Assembly: GCA_018304205.1 (NCBI GenBank)
Contig: JAGVWR010000016.1
Location: forward strand, 1-42,636
Source: Candidatus Pacearchaeota archaeon
GTDB lineage: Archaea; Nanobdellota; Nanobdellia; Pacearchaeales; GW2011-AR1
DNA: 42,636 nt
Reading direction: 5' to 3'
Each line of letters begins with the position of its first letter. Position 1 is the stretch's first letter. Below the pieces are notes generated by a model. That model worked only from the letters and a program-made list of their open reading frames with translations. It had not been told where the DNA came from and made no database searches. The translations under genes and the position numbers were made by a program. Positions 28,114 to 36,917 of this stretch are shown piece after piece.

Positions 28114-29053
28114 AAAAGGATTTGAGTTTAGCTTTGCATGGTTATTTGCCATAATTGTTGGAGCAGCCATAATATTCTTCGCTATTTATGCGACAACAAA
28201 TTTAATTTCTACTGAGAGAAGAGTTGGGGATAGTGAAAGTGCAAAACAGATTGGAATACTGCTGAGTCCGATTGAAACAAGTTTGGAAGATGTAAAAACT
28301 GCTGAAATTACATTTCCAACTGAAACAAGACTGCTAAATGATTGTTATGAGAAAGGTAATTTTGGAAGGCAGAATATACAGGTATCAAGTAAACTTGGGG
28401 TTGGAAAAGAGTTTGATTTTCCTGGAGAGCCAAGTACATTTTATAATAAATACATATTTTCAGAAGAGATTGTGCAGGCAAAAAGGATGAAAGTTTTTGC
28501 AAGACCTTTCTCTTTCCCATTTAAAGTGGCAGATCTCACTTTTATTTTTAATGCGGATAGAACTATCTGTTTTATTAATCCTCCTGGTGAAATTGAAGAA
28601 GAGATGACTGACTTAAATCTTGAAAATATAAAGATTGTGGACTCTTTGGACGAATGCGACGAAGGAAGAAAAATTTGTTTTGATCTTGTAAATAGAAATT
28701 GCGATGCAGAGGTATCTACCTTAAGTAATAGTGTTAAGATAGATAATAAAATAATGTATTATGGTGATGATTTTGACAACGCTCTTCTTTATGGAACAAT
28801 ATTTTCAACACCAGAAATTTATGAGTGTCAGTTAAAAAGGTTGATGAAAAGGACGAGTGAACTATCTTTGTTATATCTTGAAAAAACAGAATATTTGACT
28901 GCAAAGGGATGCAGTTCTAATCTTGAGTCTGGTCTAAGAACTCTTGCAGACGGTTCTGCTGCTATTAATAGCTCGTTCGGAATAAGAAATTTGGAAACAA
29001 CAGCAGATGAACTGGGGAGGAGAAATGCACAGCTTATATGCAGATTATTCTAA
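28103..29053 (+). CDS. Class III signal-peptide (pilin-like) protein 2
   Basis: MINKKG/FEFSFAW followed by a hydrophobic helix. Confidence 0.75.
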   Translation: MINKKGFEFSFAWLFAIIVGAAIIFFAIYATTNLISTERRVGDSESAKQIGILLSPIETSLEDVKTAEITFPTETRLLNDCYEKGNFGRQNIQVSSKLGVGKEFDFPGEPSTFYNKYIFSEEIVQAKRMKVFARPFSFPFKVADLTFIFNADRTICFINPPGEIEEEMTDLNLENIKIVDSLDECDEGRKICFDLVNRNCDAEVSTLSNSVKIDNKIMYYGDDFDNALLYGTIFSTPEIYECQLKRLMKRTSELSLLYLEKTEYLTAKGCSSNLESGLRTLADGSAAINSSFGIRNLETTADELGRRNAQLICRLF

Positions 29054-29546
29054 AAAAGGACAAGTAAAAATACAGCAAATGGCTTTTGTCTTAGTGGCTA
29101 TAATGATTTTCTTTGGTCTTGTTTCACTTTTTTACTTTTCTATAAGGATCGCTAACCTTGAACAGAGTGCAGTTTCACTAAAAGAGGAAGATGCTAAAGA
29201 ACTTGTAAGAAAACTGTCTTCCTCTCCTGAATTTATTTTTTCTGCTAATGATTGCTCAAATTGCATCGATCTTGATAAAGTTCTAATTTTGGGAGAAAGA
29301 AGAGCATATGAGAATTTCTGGAAACTTGACTATTTAGAGATTGAAAAAGTGGTTTCTAAGACAGATAAACAGTGCAATAGAGGGAATTATCCTGATTGCA
29401 AGTTTATAAAAGTCGTAAATGAAACAAACGACTACGGAAGTGTTGTTTCTGCTTTTGTTTCATTATGTTATTGGGAGAGTAATAAAGGAGGATATGTTAA
29501 ATGCGAGCTTGGGAGAATACATGTGTCTGGGGAGGGAATAAAATGA
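29025..29546 (+). CDS. Class III signal-peptide (pilin-like) protein 3
   Basis: ATG 29025 after GGAGG; SKKG/QVKIQQMAF followed by a hydrophobic helix; six Cys. Confidence 0.75.
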   Translation: MHSLYADYSKKGQVKIQQMAFVLVAIMIFFGLVSLFYFSIRIANLEQSAVSLKEEDAKELVRKLSSSPEFIFSANDCSNCIDLDKVLILGERRAYENFWKLDYLEIEKVVSKTDKQCNRGNYPDCKFIKVVNETNDYGSVVSAFVSLCYWESNKGGYVKCELGRIHVSGEGIK

Positions 29547-30046
29547 GAATAAATAAGAAAGGACAGGAAGAAATAGTTGGATTTGTACTTGTTATAGTCC
29601 TTGTGGCCGTTATTTTCTTGATATTCGTAGGTATCTTCGTTAGACAGGACTCTAACTCAACAAGACAGGAGAGTATAGAAGTGTACCAGTTTTTAGATTC
29701 ATTTATGCAGCACACAAGCGAATGTGCTATAGGGTTTGAACCTGCTTATTCTAATGTTGGAGAATTAATTCAGCAATGTTACTCTAACTCTGAGTGTACT
29801 ACTGGGAAATCTGCTTGCAGCATTCTGAACGATACTCTTGAAGAAATATTGGATTTAAGCTGGAATGTTGGAGAAGACAGACCAATAAAAGGGTATATCT
29901 TTGAGGCTAAATTTGATTCCAATTTGAGTTCAAATAACATTATTGAGGTTAAAAGGGGTGAATGTGGACAAAGCGTGAGGGGTTCTGAATACTTGATACC
30001 TGCATTTCCCGGAACTATTGTAAGTTCATTTAACTTATGCTTTTAA
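29543..30046 (+). CDS. Class III signal-peptide (pilin-like) protein 4
   Basis: ATG 29543 (ATGA overlap); MRINKKG/QEEIVGF followed by a hydrophobic helix. Confidence 0.75.
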   Translation: MRINKKGQEEIVGFVLVIVLVAVIFLIFVGIFVRQDSNSTRQESIEVYQFLDSFMQHTSECAIGFEPAYSNVGELIQQCYSNSECTTGKSACSILNDTLEEILDLSWNVGEDRPIKGYIFEAKFDSNLSSNNIIEVKRGECGQSVRGSEYLIPAFPGTIVSSFNLCF

Positions 30047-30052
30047 TAATTC

Positions 30053-30412
30053 TTAAATGCTTATTTGGAGGTATATGGAGTCCACAACTATTACTGGTTT
30101 AAGTCTTTCTCTTTTACCTGTTTTTTCTGAAAGCATGTCAATAAATCCAAACCTTTCAAGAAGTTTTATATCTTCTGAAACAGATTTAAAGTCCCTTTTT
30201 AGTATTTTTGCCAGCTCATAAATAGATTTTGGATTTTTTGTTTTAATTGTATGGAGAATTTTTGCTTTTTGGTTACTTAATAATTTTCTTAGTGCTGAAA
30301 GACCTTCAAAATCATATTCTTCCTGCTCTCCTGAGAATCTTTTAAAGAAAGTGTTGAAAGTTCCTGCTTTATCGACGATAGTTATTTCCCTTGTTTTTGT
30401 TCTTTGAGCCAT
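30053..30412 (-). CDS. Winged-HTH transcriptional regulator
   Basis: PKSIYELAKILKRDFKSVSEDIKLLERFGFI. Confidence 0.85.
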   Translation of the reverse strand: MAQRTKTREITIVDKAGTFNTFFKRFSGEQEEYDFEGLSALRKLLSNQKAKILHTIKTKNPKSIYELAKILKRDFKSVSEDIKLLERFGFIDMLSEKTGKRERLKPVIVVDSIYLQISI

Positions 30413-30627
30413 ATTGTTATATTAATAACTACTTCTGTATTTATATGTTTTTATTCATTAGATAAATAGATATATCTAAATTAAAATACCCTATATAGAC
30501 CCATTTCCTACTTTTTCAATTTTTTTTGTTTTCAAAAATATTGTATTAAATCGTAGTAACAACACAAACTTTATAAATAAAAAAATAGGTCTCTTCGACA
30601 CTACTTTCGTTTAATCCTCTTTTTAGG

Positions 30628-30641
30628 GAAAGCTTTTTAAA
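30628..30641 (+). promoter_or_regulatory. BRE/TATA promoter of the S-layer gene
   Basis: GAAAG-CTTTTTAAA about 20 nt upstream of the structured leader. Confidence 0.55.
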
Positions 30642-30659
30642 GGCACTTGGATTTTAGTA

Positions 30660-30741
30660 TCTTAACCTTAGGCTTATATGCCATGACGGATCTTAATTGA
30701 TCTCCTCAAAGAGGTGCCCTGCGGGGCTGTCAAGGTTAAGA
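30660..30741 (+). ncRNA. Structured 5' leader RNA of the S-layer mRNA (candidate)
   Basis: Closing stem TCTTAACCTT/AAGGTTAAGA; inner TGACGG/CTGTCA; hairpins GGC..GCC, GATC..GATC, CCTC-AAA-GAGG, GCCC-TGCG-GGGC. Confidence 0.6.
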
Positions 30742-30768
30742 GCTGAAAGGAGGTTTTATAAAAAGAGT

Positions 30769-33387
30769 ATGTTAATAAATTTCAGAAAAATTGCATCTGT
30801 GCTAAGTAGCGCATTAATGATTGGTTCTACAGTCGGTTTGGCTGCAGCCGCAAACTATCCAGCTCCTTTCATTTCAGGAGGGAATGCTGATGTTGCTGTT
30901 GTATACGGATCAACTGCTGCAACTACAGACTTAGTTGCTGTTACCGATGTTACTGCTAACTTACAAGCTGCTTTAGCAGCTCAGACTGCAACTACTGGAA
31001 CAACAGGCGGAGGATCTGTTAGTGGAGAGGCCGCACCATTATTTACTAGTGGTACAAAATTGTATATCAACGATAGTTTAAATGCTGTAAAAAGTATTTT
31101 AACTGAGACTGAACTTCCAACATTGTTGGCTGACGGAACTTTCTCAGGAAACGTTGATGCTACATATACGCAATCTTTGATACTTGGAACAAATCCATCA
31201 GTAACATTTGCAAAGCAACCAACAAGTTCAGATGATCCTGAATTTGGTTTGACAATGAGTACAACTCAAGCAAACTATATTTACAATGCAACAGTTACTT
31301 TCAATAAAGTAGTTAATTTCACACATGGAGATTCCAAAGGTGAAGATATCACTTTGTTTGGACAAAGATTTACAATTGCATCCGCAACAGACAATACAAA
31401 TCTTGTATTGTTAAAAACAGCTGAGAAATTAAGTTTGACCAGCAATGATCCTACTGCTGAAGTTACACTAGAAGGCGCAACCTACACGGTTGAATTGGTT
31501 TCCGCATCTGATACTTCTGCGACAGTAAAAATTACAGACAGTAACGGAAATAGCGAAACTAAAGAAATCAATGAGAACGCATCTAAGACGATTAACGGAA
31601 TCACTGTTGCTATTACAAATGCAGACGAAACTAACTTAAAGTTATCTGCTTCAGTAATCGCAGGTGCTGAAAAAGTCACCTTAACAGACGGTAGTTCTGT
31701 AACAATTGGGGAAGATGCTGATGTCATTGATGGAACCTTAGCAACATTCTCAAACGCAAGTATTGCATCCGGAACAACAAAGCTTACATTAAGCGTTGTT
31801 GCACCTAACTCTGATGAAGACGCTATCTTGCCAGGAAAGACGTTTATGGATCCTGTCTTTGGAAGTTTCAAAATAGACTTCGCAGGATTAAATATTCCTC
31901 AGGATAATGATGCGAGAGAAACTTTCAGTTTCAATCCATCAGGAGATGATAAAATGGAACTTACATTTACCGATTATAGAGGTAGTGAAAAGAACGTCCA
32001 ATACGCTAGAAACGTTAGCGGATTCAATGTCTTACAAGTAGATTCAGACGGAAGAAATATGAGCGTATTTGAGGCTGCTAGAACTTACAGAAATGAATAT
32101 ATAGTTGTCGGAAATGAAGATGAAGGATACTTGTTAAGAGTTTCCCAAATCACAAACCAAACAACTGGTTTCACGGACGATAAAATAAGATTCGTTGACG
32201 TAATGTCAGGTGGTACTTATGACGCTACGACTCCTTCTGCCGAAGGAACAACAACTGTTACCGTCGGAGGAAAAGTATATTCTCTAACATATTTGGGAGC
32301 TTCCACTGCTTCAGAAGATACAAGATCGATAAGATTGAACTATCCTGATAGCACAGGAACTGGGGCTGCTGTTGTCTATCCAACAATACAAACTAGCAAA
32401 GGATCTAAATTGGCATTTTACAAGCCAATTAATATTACCTTAGCAAATTGGGATGGAGCAACAAACAACCTTACATCATTAAGATTCCCAGATGGAGATG
32501 GATATACAGACGTAGCTATAGTAGATGGAGCTGCTGGAGGAAACTTTAGCTTTGGAGGTTCAGAAGTAAACTTTACTTCAACAAGAAGCGCTGACGCTGC
32601 AGTTGGTAAATTGAGATATAATGCGACAAGCACTCAAATAAACCAATTGTACTTAAGATTGGAAAATCCAACCACGGGCGTTGTACTTGATGTACCTTCA
32701 GTTATTATCTTTGAAGAAAAAGATGATAACAGTGAACATCAGGCAATAGTAATCCCAATGGCAACCGACTCAACAAGTAGTAAAGTTGGAGTTAGTGCTG
32801 TGGTAAGAACATGGGGTGAGGGAGATTATCCTGCAGTTACCTTAGCAAGTGATAGTGATATCACTGAAGAGGCTGACTTGTGGGGTATAATTGCAACTAT
32901 TGATTCTAATGATGCAGATCAGAAGAAGGCAACAGTTACATATCCAGATGAGCAGATTTATGCTCAGCTTTATGTAGGTGAAGAAAGTTCTGCAATAACT
33001 GCAGGCACTACTTCAAGCGGAACAGTCAAAGAATTGGGAAGTGTTTCAGTTGCAGACTCAGAAGTGAGTTCAGTATCAGGTAAGAACTTGATAGTTATCG
33101 GTGGTAGTTGCGTAAATACAGAAGCTGCTAGTTTGCTAGGAGGCTCATCCGCAATATGCGGCGCTGACTGGGAGACTAAGACCGGAGTTGGATCTGGAAG
33201 CTTCTTGATCGAATCATTTAGTAGATCAGGAGGAAAAGTTGCAACATTAGTTGCAGGATACAATGCCGGAGATACATCAAAAGCTGCTAAGTACTTGACT
33301 ACACAGAAACCTGCTACAGACGCTGGCAAGAAATATGTTGGCTCAGTAGCTACAAGTGCTACACTAGTTGAGACACCATCAGCTTAG
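30769..33387 (+). CDS. S-layer protein (Methanococcus-type S_layer_N/S_layer_C)
   Basis: Signal peptide MLINFRKIASV..., YPAPF...VAVVYG...D at the N-terminus, NLIVIGGSCVN...LVAG at the C-terminus, at least 13 N-x-S/T sequons; GGAGGT upstream. Confidence 0.9.
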   Translation: MLINFRKIASVLSSALMIGSTVGLAAAANYPAPFISGGNADVAVVYGSTAATTDLVAVTDVTANLQAALAAQTATTGTTGGGSVSGEAAPLFTSGTKLYINDSLNAVKSILTETELPTLLADGTFSGNVDATYTQSLILGTNPSVTFAKQPTSSDDPEFGLTMSTTQANYIYNATVTFNKVVNFTHGDSKGEDITLFGQRFTIASATDNTNLVLLKTAEKLSLTSNDPTAEVTLEGATYTVELVSASDTSATVKITDSNGNSETKEINENASKTINGITVAITNADETNLKLSASVIAGAEKVTLTDGSSVTIGEDADVIDGTLATFSNASIASGTTKLTLSVVAPNSDEDAILPGKTFMDPVFGSFKIDFAGLNIPQDNDARETFSFNPSGDDKMELTFTDYRGSEKNVQYARNVSGFNVLQVDSDGRNMSVFEAARTYRNEYIVVGNEDEGYLLRVSQITNQTTGFTDDKIRFVDVMSGGTYDATTPSAEGTTTVTVGGKVYSLTYLGASTASEDTRSIRLNYPDSTGTGAAVVYPTIQTSKGSKLAFYKPINITLANWDGATNNLTSLRFPDGDGYTDVAIVDGAAGGNFSFGGSEVNFTSTRSADAAVGKLRYNATSTQINQLYLRLENPTTGVVLDVPSVIIFEEKDDNSEHQAIVIPMATDSTSSKVGVSAVVRTWGEGDYPAVTLASDSDITEEADLWGIIATIDSNDADQKKATVTYPDEQIYAQLYVGEESSAITAGTTSSGTVKELGSVSVADSEVSSVSGKNLIVIGGSCVNTEAASLLGGSSAICGADWETKTGVGSGSFLIESFSRSGGKVATLVAGYNAGDTSKAAKYLTTQKPATDAGKKYVGSVATSATLVETPSA

Positions 33388-33404
33388 TAAGAAGTGAAAA
33401 AAAA

Positions 33405-33440
33405 TTTTTTTATTTTTTTTTTAATATTTTTTTATTTTTT
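33405..33440 (+). terminator. Oligo-T terminator
   Basis: Several long T runs just after the S-layer stop. Confidence 0.6.
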
Positions 33441-33525
33441 CTATTATTATTTTTAGGAGTTAGTTAGAACTGGGGGCTAAAATAATTAGCGTAACATTTA
33501 TATTAGAAGATATTTTTACTAAAAT

Positions 33526-34266
33526 ATGGGAAAGTTAATTGCAATCGGCGGGGGAGAAATAAAAGATTTAGATACCTTCTCAATTGATAAGGAAATTGTT
33601 AAACTAACTGGTAAAAAACACCCTAAAGCTTTGTTTATTCCCACGGCTAGCGGGGATTCAGAAGGATATTGACAAACATTTCAAAAAGTATATGGCGAGA
33701 TGTTGAAGTGTAAGCCTGAAGTACTTTACTTACTAAGAGAGAACCTTACAAGAGAAGAAATTAAGGAAAAGATTCTAGGGGCTGATTTAATTTATGTGGG
33801 TGGGGGAAATACTATGAAAATGCTTAGAACATGGAGAAAGCATGGAGTAGATAAATTACTTGCAAAAGCGTATAAAAATGGAGTTGTTCTATCGGGTCTT
33901 AGTGCTGGAGCTATTTGTTGGTTTGCATATGGTTGTAGCGACTCACGTAGATTTTCTAACCCTGATGATGCCTCTTTTATGAAGATCAAGGGATTGAATC
34001 TGATAAACCTAACTGTAAGCCCACATCATATACGTGAGAAACATAGAGATAATGGTCTTGTTAAATTGATGCGAAATACTTCAGGAGTTGCGGTTGCGCT
34101 TGATGATAACTGTGCTATTGAAATTGTCGATGATAAATATAGGATGCTCGTATCAAAAAAAGGAGTTGGAGCAAAGAAAGTTTATTATTCAAAAGGAAAA
34201 TCATATAAAAATAAAATAATTATTGATACTAAATATAGTCCTATTTCTGATCTATTAAAAAAATAA
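33526..34266 (+). pseudogene. pepE: Peptidase E (S51) with one in-frame TGA at 33670-33672
   Basis: MGKLIAIGGGE...LFIPTASGDSEGY*QTF is in frame with IYVGGGNT, GLSAGA and PHH. Confidence 0.85.
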
Positions 34267-34271
34267 TTATG

Positions 34272-34363
34272 TCAAAGTGCTGATGCAGGAAACCTTGCAC
34301 TTTGAACATCCAGAAGTCTCAAACAAACCATGATTTCAAGTCACGGTAAACGAAAAGACTTCT
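34272..34363. repeat. Two adjacent inverted repeats
   Basis: TCAAAGTGC/GCACTTTGA (34272-34305) and AGAAGTCT/AGACTTCT (34312-34363). Confidence 0.65.
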
Positions 34364-34418
34364 TGATTATAGAATTAACCTGCAATAGGTTTTTAAATAC
34401 CGTATTTGATAATTTGTG

Positions 34419-34979
34419 ATGAAGATTATAGAAAGTGAGGAGACAAAAGAGAAAAGAAGAAAGAGAAACAGTAAATTTATTACGATCTTACTTTTATTCA
34501 TTCTTTTAGCGAGTACTGCGGGGTTTGCTTTTTCATATAACTCTCTAAATGATTCTACTTCTGGATTAAATATAGAAGAAGGAAAGGCAATTTATGACGA
34601 ATCAACTCAACGATGGTATTTGAGATTAAGTGGTCAAGATTTTGTTTTCTATAACTCTCCAGATAGTATGCAAGATGTACAAATAGATTCGACTAAAGTG
34701 CTTGGAGATTATTATGGAAAAACCTTATATATACAAAGTAGTAATGAACTTATATTTAATGAAATAAGCTCCTCTCTTGGAAGATTTAGTTCAAGAGTGC
34801 AAAAGGCATGTTACGGTGAATGTGAAGAGAATTTACCTATAAAAACGTGCACAGATAACTTTATAATCATTAATAACTCAGAAAATAATATAATAAGACA
34901 GGATAATGGGTGCATTTTTATCGATGGAAACATGGAAACCGTTGACGCGTTTTTATATAATACTCTTGGAATAAATTAA
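34419..34979 (+). CDS. Membrane-anchored Cys-containing hypothetical protein
   Basis: Basic N-terminus, TM, C-terminal Cys pattern. Confidence 0.7.
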   Translation: MKIIESEETKEKRRKRNSKFITILLLFILLASTAGFAFSYNSLNDSTSGLNIEEGKAIYDESTQRWYLRLSGQDFVFYNSPDSMQDVQIDSTKVLGDYYGKTLYIQSSNELIFNEISSSLGRFSSRVQKACYGECEENLPIKTCTDNFIIINNSENNIIRQDNGCIFIDGNMETVDAFLYNTLGIN

Positions 34980-34980
34980 A

Positions 34981-35670
34981 ATGGAAAAAAAGGCAAGAAA
35001 AAAGGGGAAAACCTCTGGGAAGAAAGAGGAAAAAATAGGAAAAAAGGTTGATAATACAAAACAGCTTTATTGGATATTTGGAACTATGGCCTTCCTAATA
35101 GTTGTACTGCTGATTTCATCTTCTGTTTTTCAAAGCCTAAATAGGTTTGAATATGAAGGACTAATTTTTACTAAAGAAAGGTTTGGAGAAATCCCCGTAT
35201 TTCACCATTATTATTTTTATAACTATAACGGGCAACAGTATAAATTTAATTTATACTTAAGAAATGATCCGAGGTCTAACGAGATTCCTATAAATTCTGA
35301 GATAGAATATCCCTTAGGTAAATTTGCTTATATCAGCACAAATATAACTGGACTTGAAGAATGCCCTCAAACGACACTTGCAGTTGCTACTTTATCTGCT
35401 TTTCTTACAAATAATCAGATAATTCCTAAGGGAGCTACTTTTAACAGAGAAGAGGCTGCAAGTTTAGATGTAGAATATGTTGACTGTGGCACTTACACTG
35501 ACAGAACAACTATATTAATTCAGGATGGAAGCGAAACAAAGATTGAACAAAAAACAGAAATGTGCCATGTTATTACAGTAAGCAATTGTCAAATACTGTT
35601 AGCTATAGAAAAGTTTGAAGTTAAATCTATTTTAGACGCCAGAGAAAGAGCAAGAATAGAAAAGAGTTAG
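34981..35670 (+). CDS. Membrane-anchored Cys-containing hypothetical protein
   Basis: Lys-rich N-terminus, TM, LRNDPR, C-terminal Cys pattern. Confidence 0.7.
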   Translation: MEKKARKKGKTSGKKEEKIGKKVDNTKQLYWIFGTMAFLIVVLLISSSVFQSLNRFEYEGLIFTKERFGEIPVFHHYYFYNYNGQQYKFNLYLRNDPRSNEIPINSEIEYPLGKFAYISTNITGLEECPQTTLAVATLSAFLTNNQIIPKGATFNREEAASLDVEYVDCGTYTDRTTILIQDGSETKIEQKTEMCHVITVSNCQILLAIEKFEVKSILDARERARIEKS

Positions 35671-36308
35671 ATATTATTTCTGTTTTTTAATGTTTTTATA
35701 ACCTGAATTATTACTGGTATTAATGATATGATTATTATAATTAGGATAAAAATGCTAAAATTATCTTTTATTAAAGGTATATTTCCGAATAGGTACCCAC
35801 CAAGAACAAATATTAATACCCATGATAAAGCGCCAATTATATTGTAAACAATAAATTTTGAGTAACTCATACTTCCTAGACCTGCAACGAATGGGGCAAA
35901 TGTTCTTATTATTGGAATAAACCTGGCTATTATTATTGTCTTGCCTCCATGTTTACGATAAAATTCTTCTGTCGAAGCTAAATGTTTACGATTTAACCAT
36001 CTTGCATCTTCTTTAAAAGTATTTCTTCCAAAATAATTTCCTACAGAATAATTGATGCTATCTCCTAAAATTGCTGCAATGATCAATGTAATAAGCAAGA
36101 CTGGGAGGTTTAAACTGCCAATTGCTGCAAAGGCTCCTGCTGAAAACAGAAGAGAATCACCTGGAAGAAAAGGAGTAACAACTAGACCGGTTTCAAGGAA
36201 AATTATCAAAAATAAGATTAAATATACTAAAATACCATATTTTATTATGATTGAATTTAGATATTGATCTAGGTGTAATACAAAATCAATAAAAAACATT
36301 AAATTCAT
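35667..36308 (-). CDS. dedA: DedA family membrane protein
   Basis: [35 protein letters not shown]. Confidence 0.95.
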   Translation of the reverse strand: MNLMFFIDFVLHLDQYLNSIIIKYGILVYLILFLIIFLETGLVVTPFLPGDSLLFSAGAFAAIGSLNLPVLLITLIIAAILGDSINYSVGNYFGRNTFKEDARWLNRKHLASTEEFYRKHGGKTIIIARFIPIIRTFAPFVAGLGSMSYSKFIVYNIIGALSWVLIFVLGGYLFGNIPLIKDNFSIFILIIIIISLIPVIIQVIKTLKNRNNI

Positions 36309-36351
36309 TTATTTTTTAAGACTTGGAAGTTTTTAAATCTCTTCTCAAATA

Positions 36352-36876
36352 TCACTTAGATTTAATTTTACTTGATTTATACAGATAAGATAGGTCTGTA
36401 TAGACTGGTATTCCTTTTATCTTGAATATTTTCACATTAATGAACCATATTAAAACTATAAAGATTGTTGATCCTAAATACCAGGTTACTTTATGGGCAA
36501 AGTCAAAGTATGAAAAGCCATTTGTGAATAAAACAGAGAAGACAAAAATTCTAATTATATTAAGTAAGAGGAATGCGGCAGAGATAAACAAGAGACTATA
36601 TGTTCTTTTATTTAACTTCATTGGTGTCGATAAATTTAGGATAAAAAGCAGGTAATATGCTGCACCAGCAATACATGCATCTATTAAGTATATCGAATTC
36701 CCATTAAATGAAATTATGTTTCCTACTGCTGAATCAATAGTATAAAACAAACTAAGCAAAAACAAAACTGGTTTTACTGTTAAAGGAGTAAATATAAAAT
36801 AGAAGATAAACAAATTAGGCAGAGCAATAATCAATAATATCGAATATCTTATTATTAAATTAACATACATTTTCAT
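36352..36876 (-). CDS. Short exosortase/archaeosortase-family protein (pacearchaeosortase-like)
   Basis: Hydrophobic 174 aa with IDACIAG (Cys), NIIRI (Arg) and FAHK (His). Confidence 0.8.
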   Translation of the reverse strand: MKMYVNLIIRYSILLIIALPNLFIFYFIFTPLTVKPVLFLLSLFYTIDSAVGNIISFNGNSIYLIDACIAGAAYYLLFILNLSTPMKLNKRTYSLLFISAAFLLLNIIRIFVFSVLFTNGFSYFDFAHKVTWYLGSTIFIVLIWFINVKIFKIKGIPVYTDLSYLYKSSKIKSK

Positions 36877-36917
36877 TAAATGTATAAAATAATAGAGAAT
36901 TTAAAGTTAATTAAAAA

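Noticed and set aside
30416..30429. GTTAT-ATTA-ATAAC palindrome upstream of the wHTH gene
   Set aside because: A plausible autoregulatory site, but too short and AT-rich to distinguish from chance.
30684..30732. tRNA gene
   Set aside because: The cloverleaf-like pairing is too short and has no T-loop or D-loop consensus.
30697..30768. TTG-initiated N-terminal extension of the S-layer ORF
   Set aside because: It overlaps the structured leader and SD; the signal peptide begins at ATG 30769.
33670..33672. TGA reassignment or selenocysteine
   Set aside because: TGA terminates well-defined genes in this window, and the site is not catalytic.
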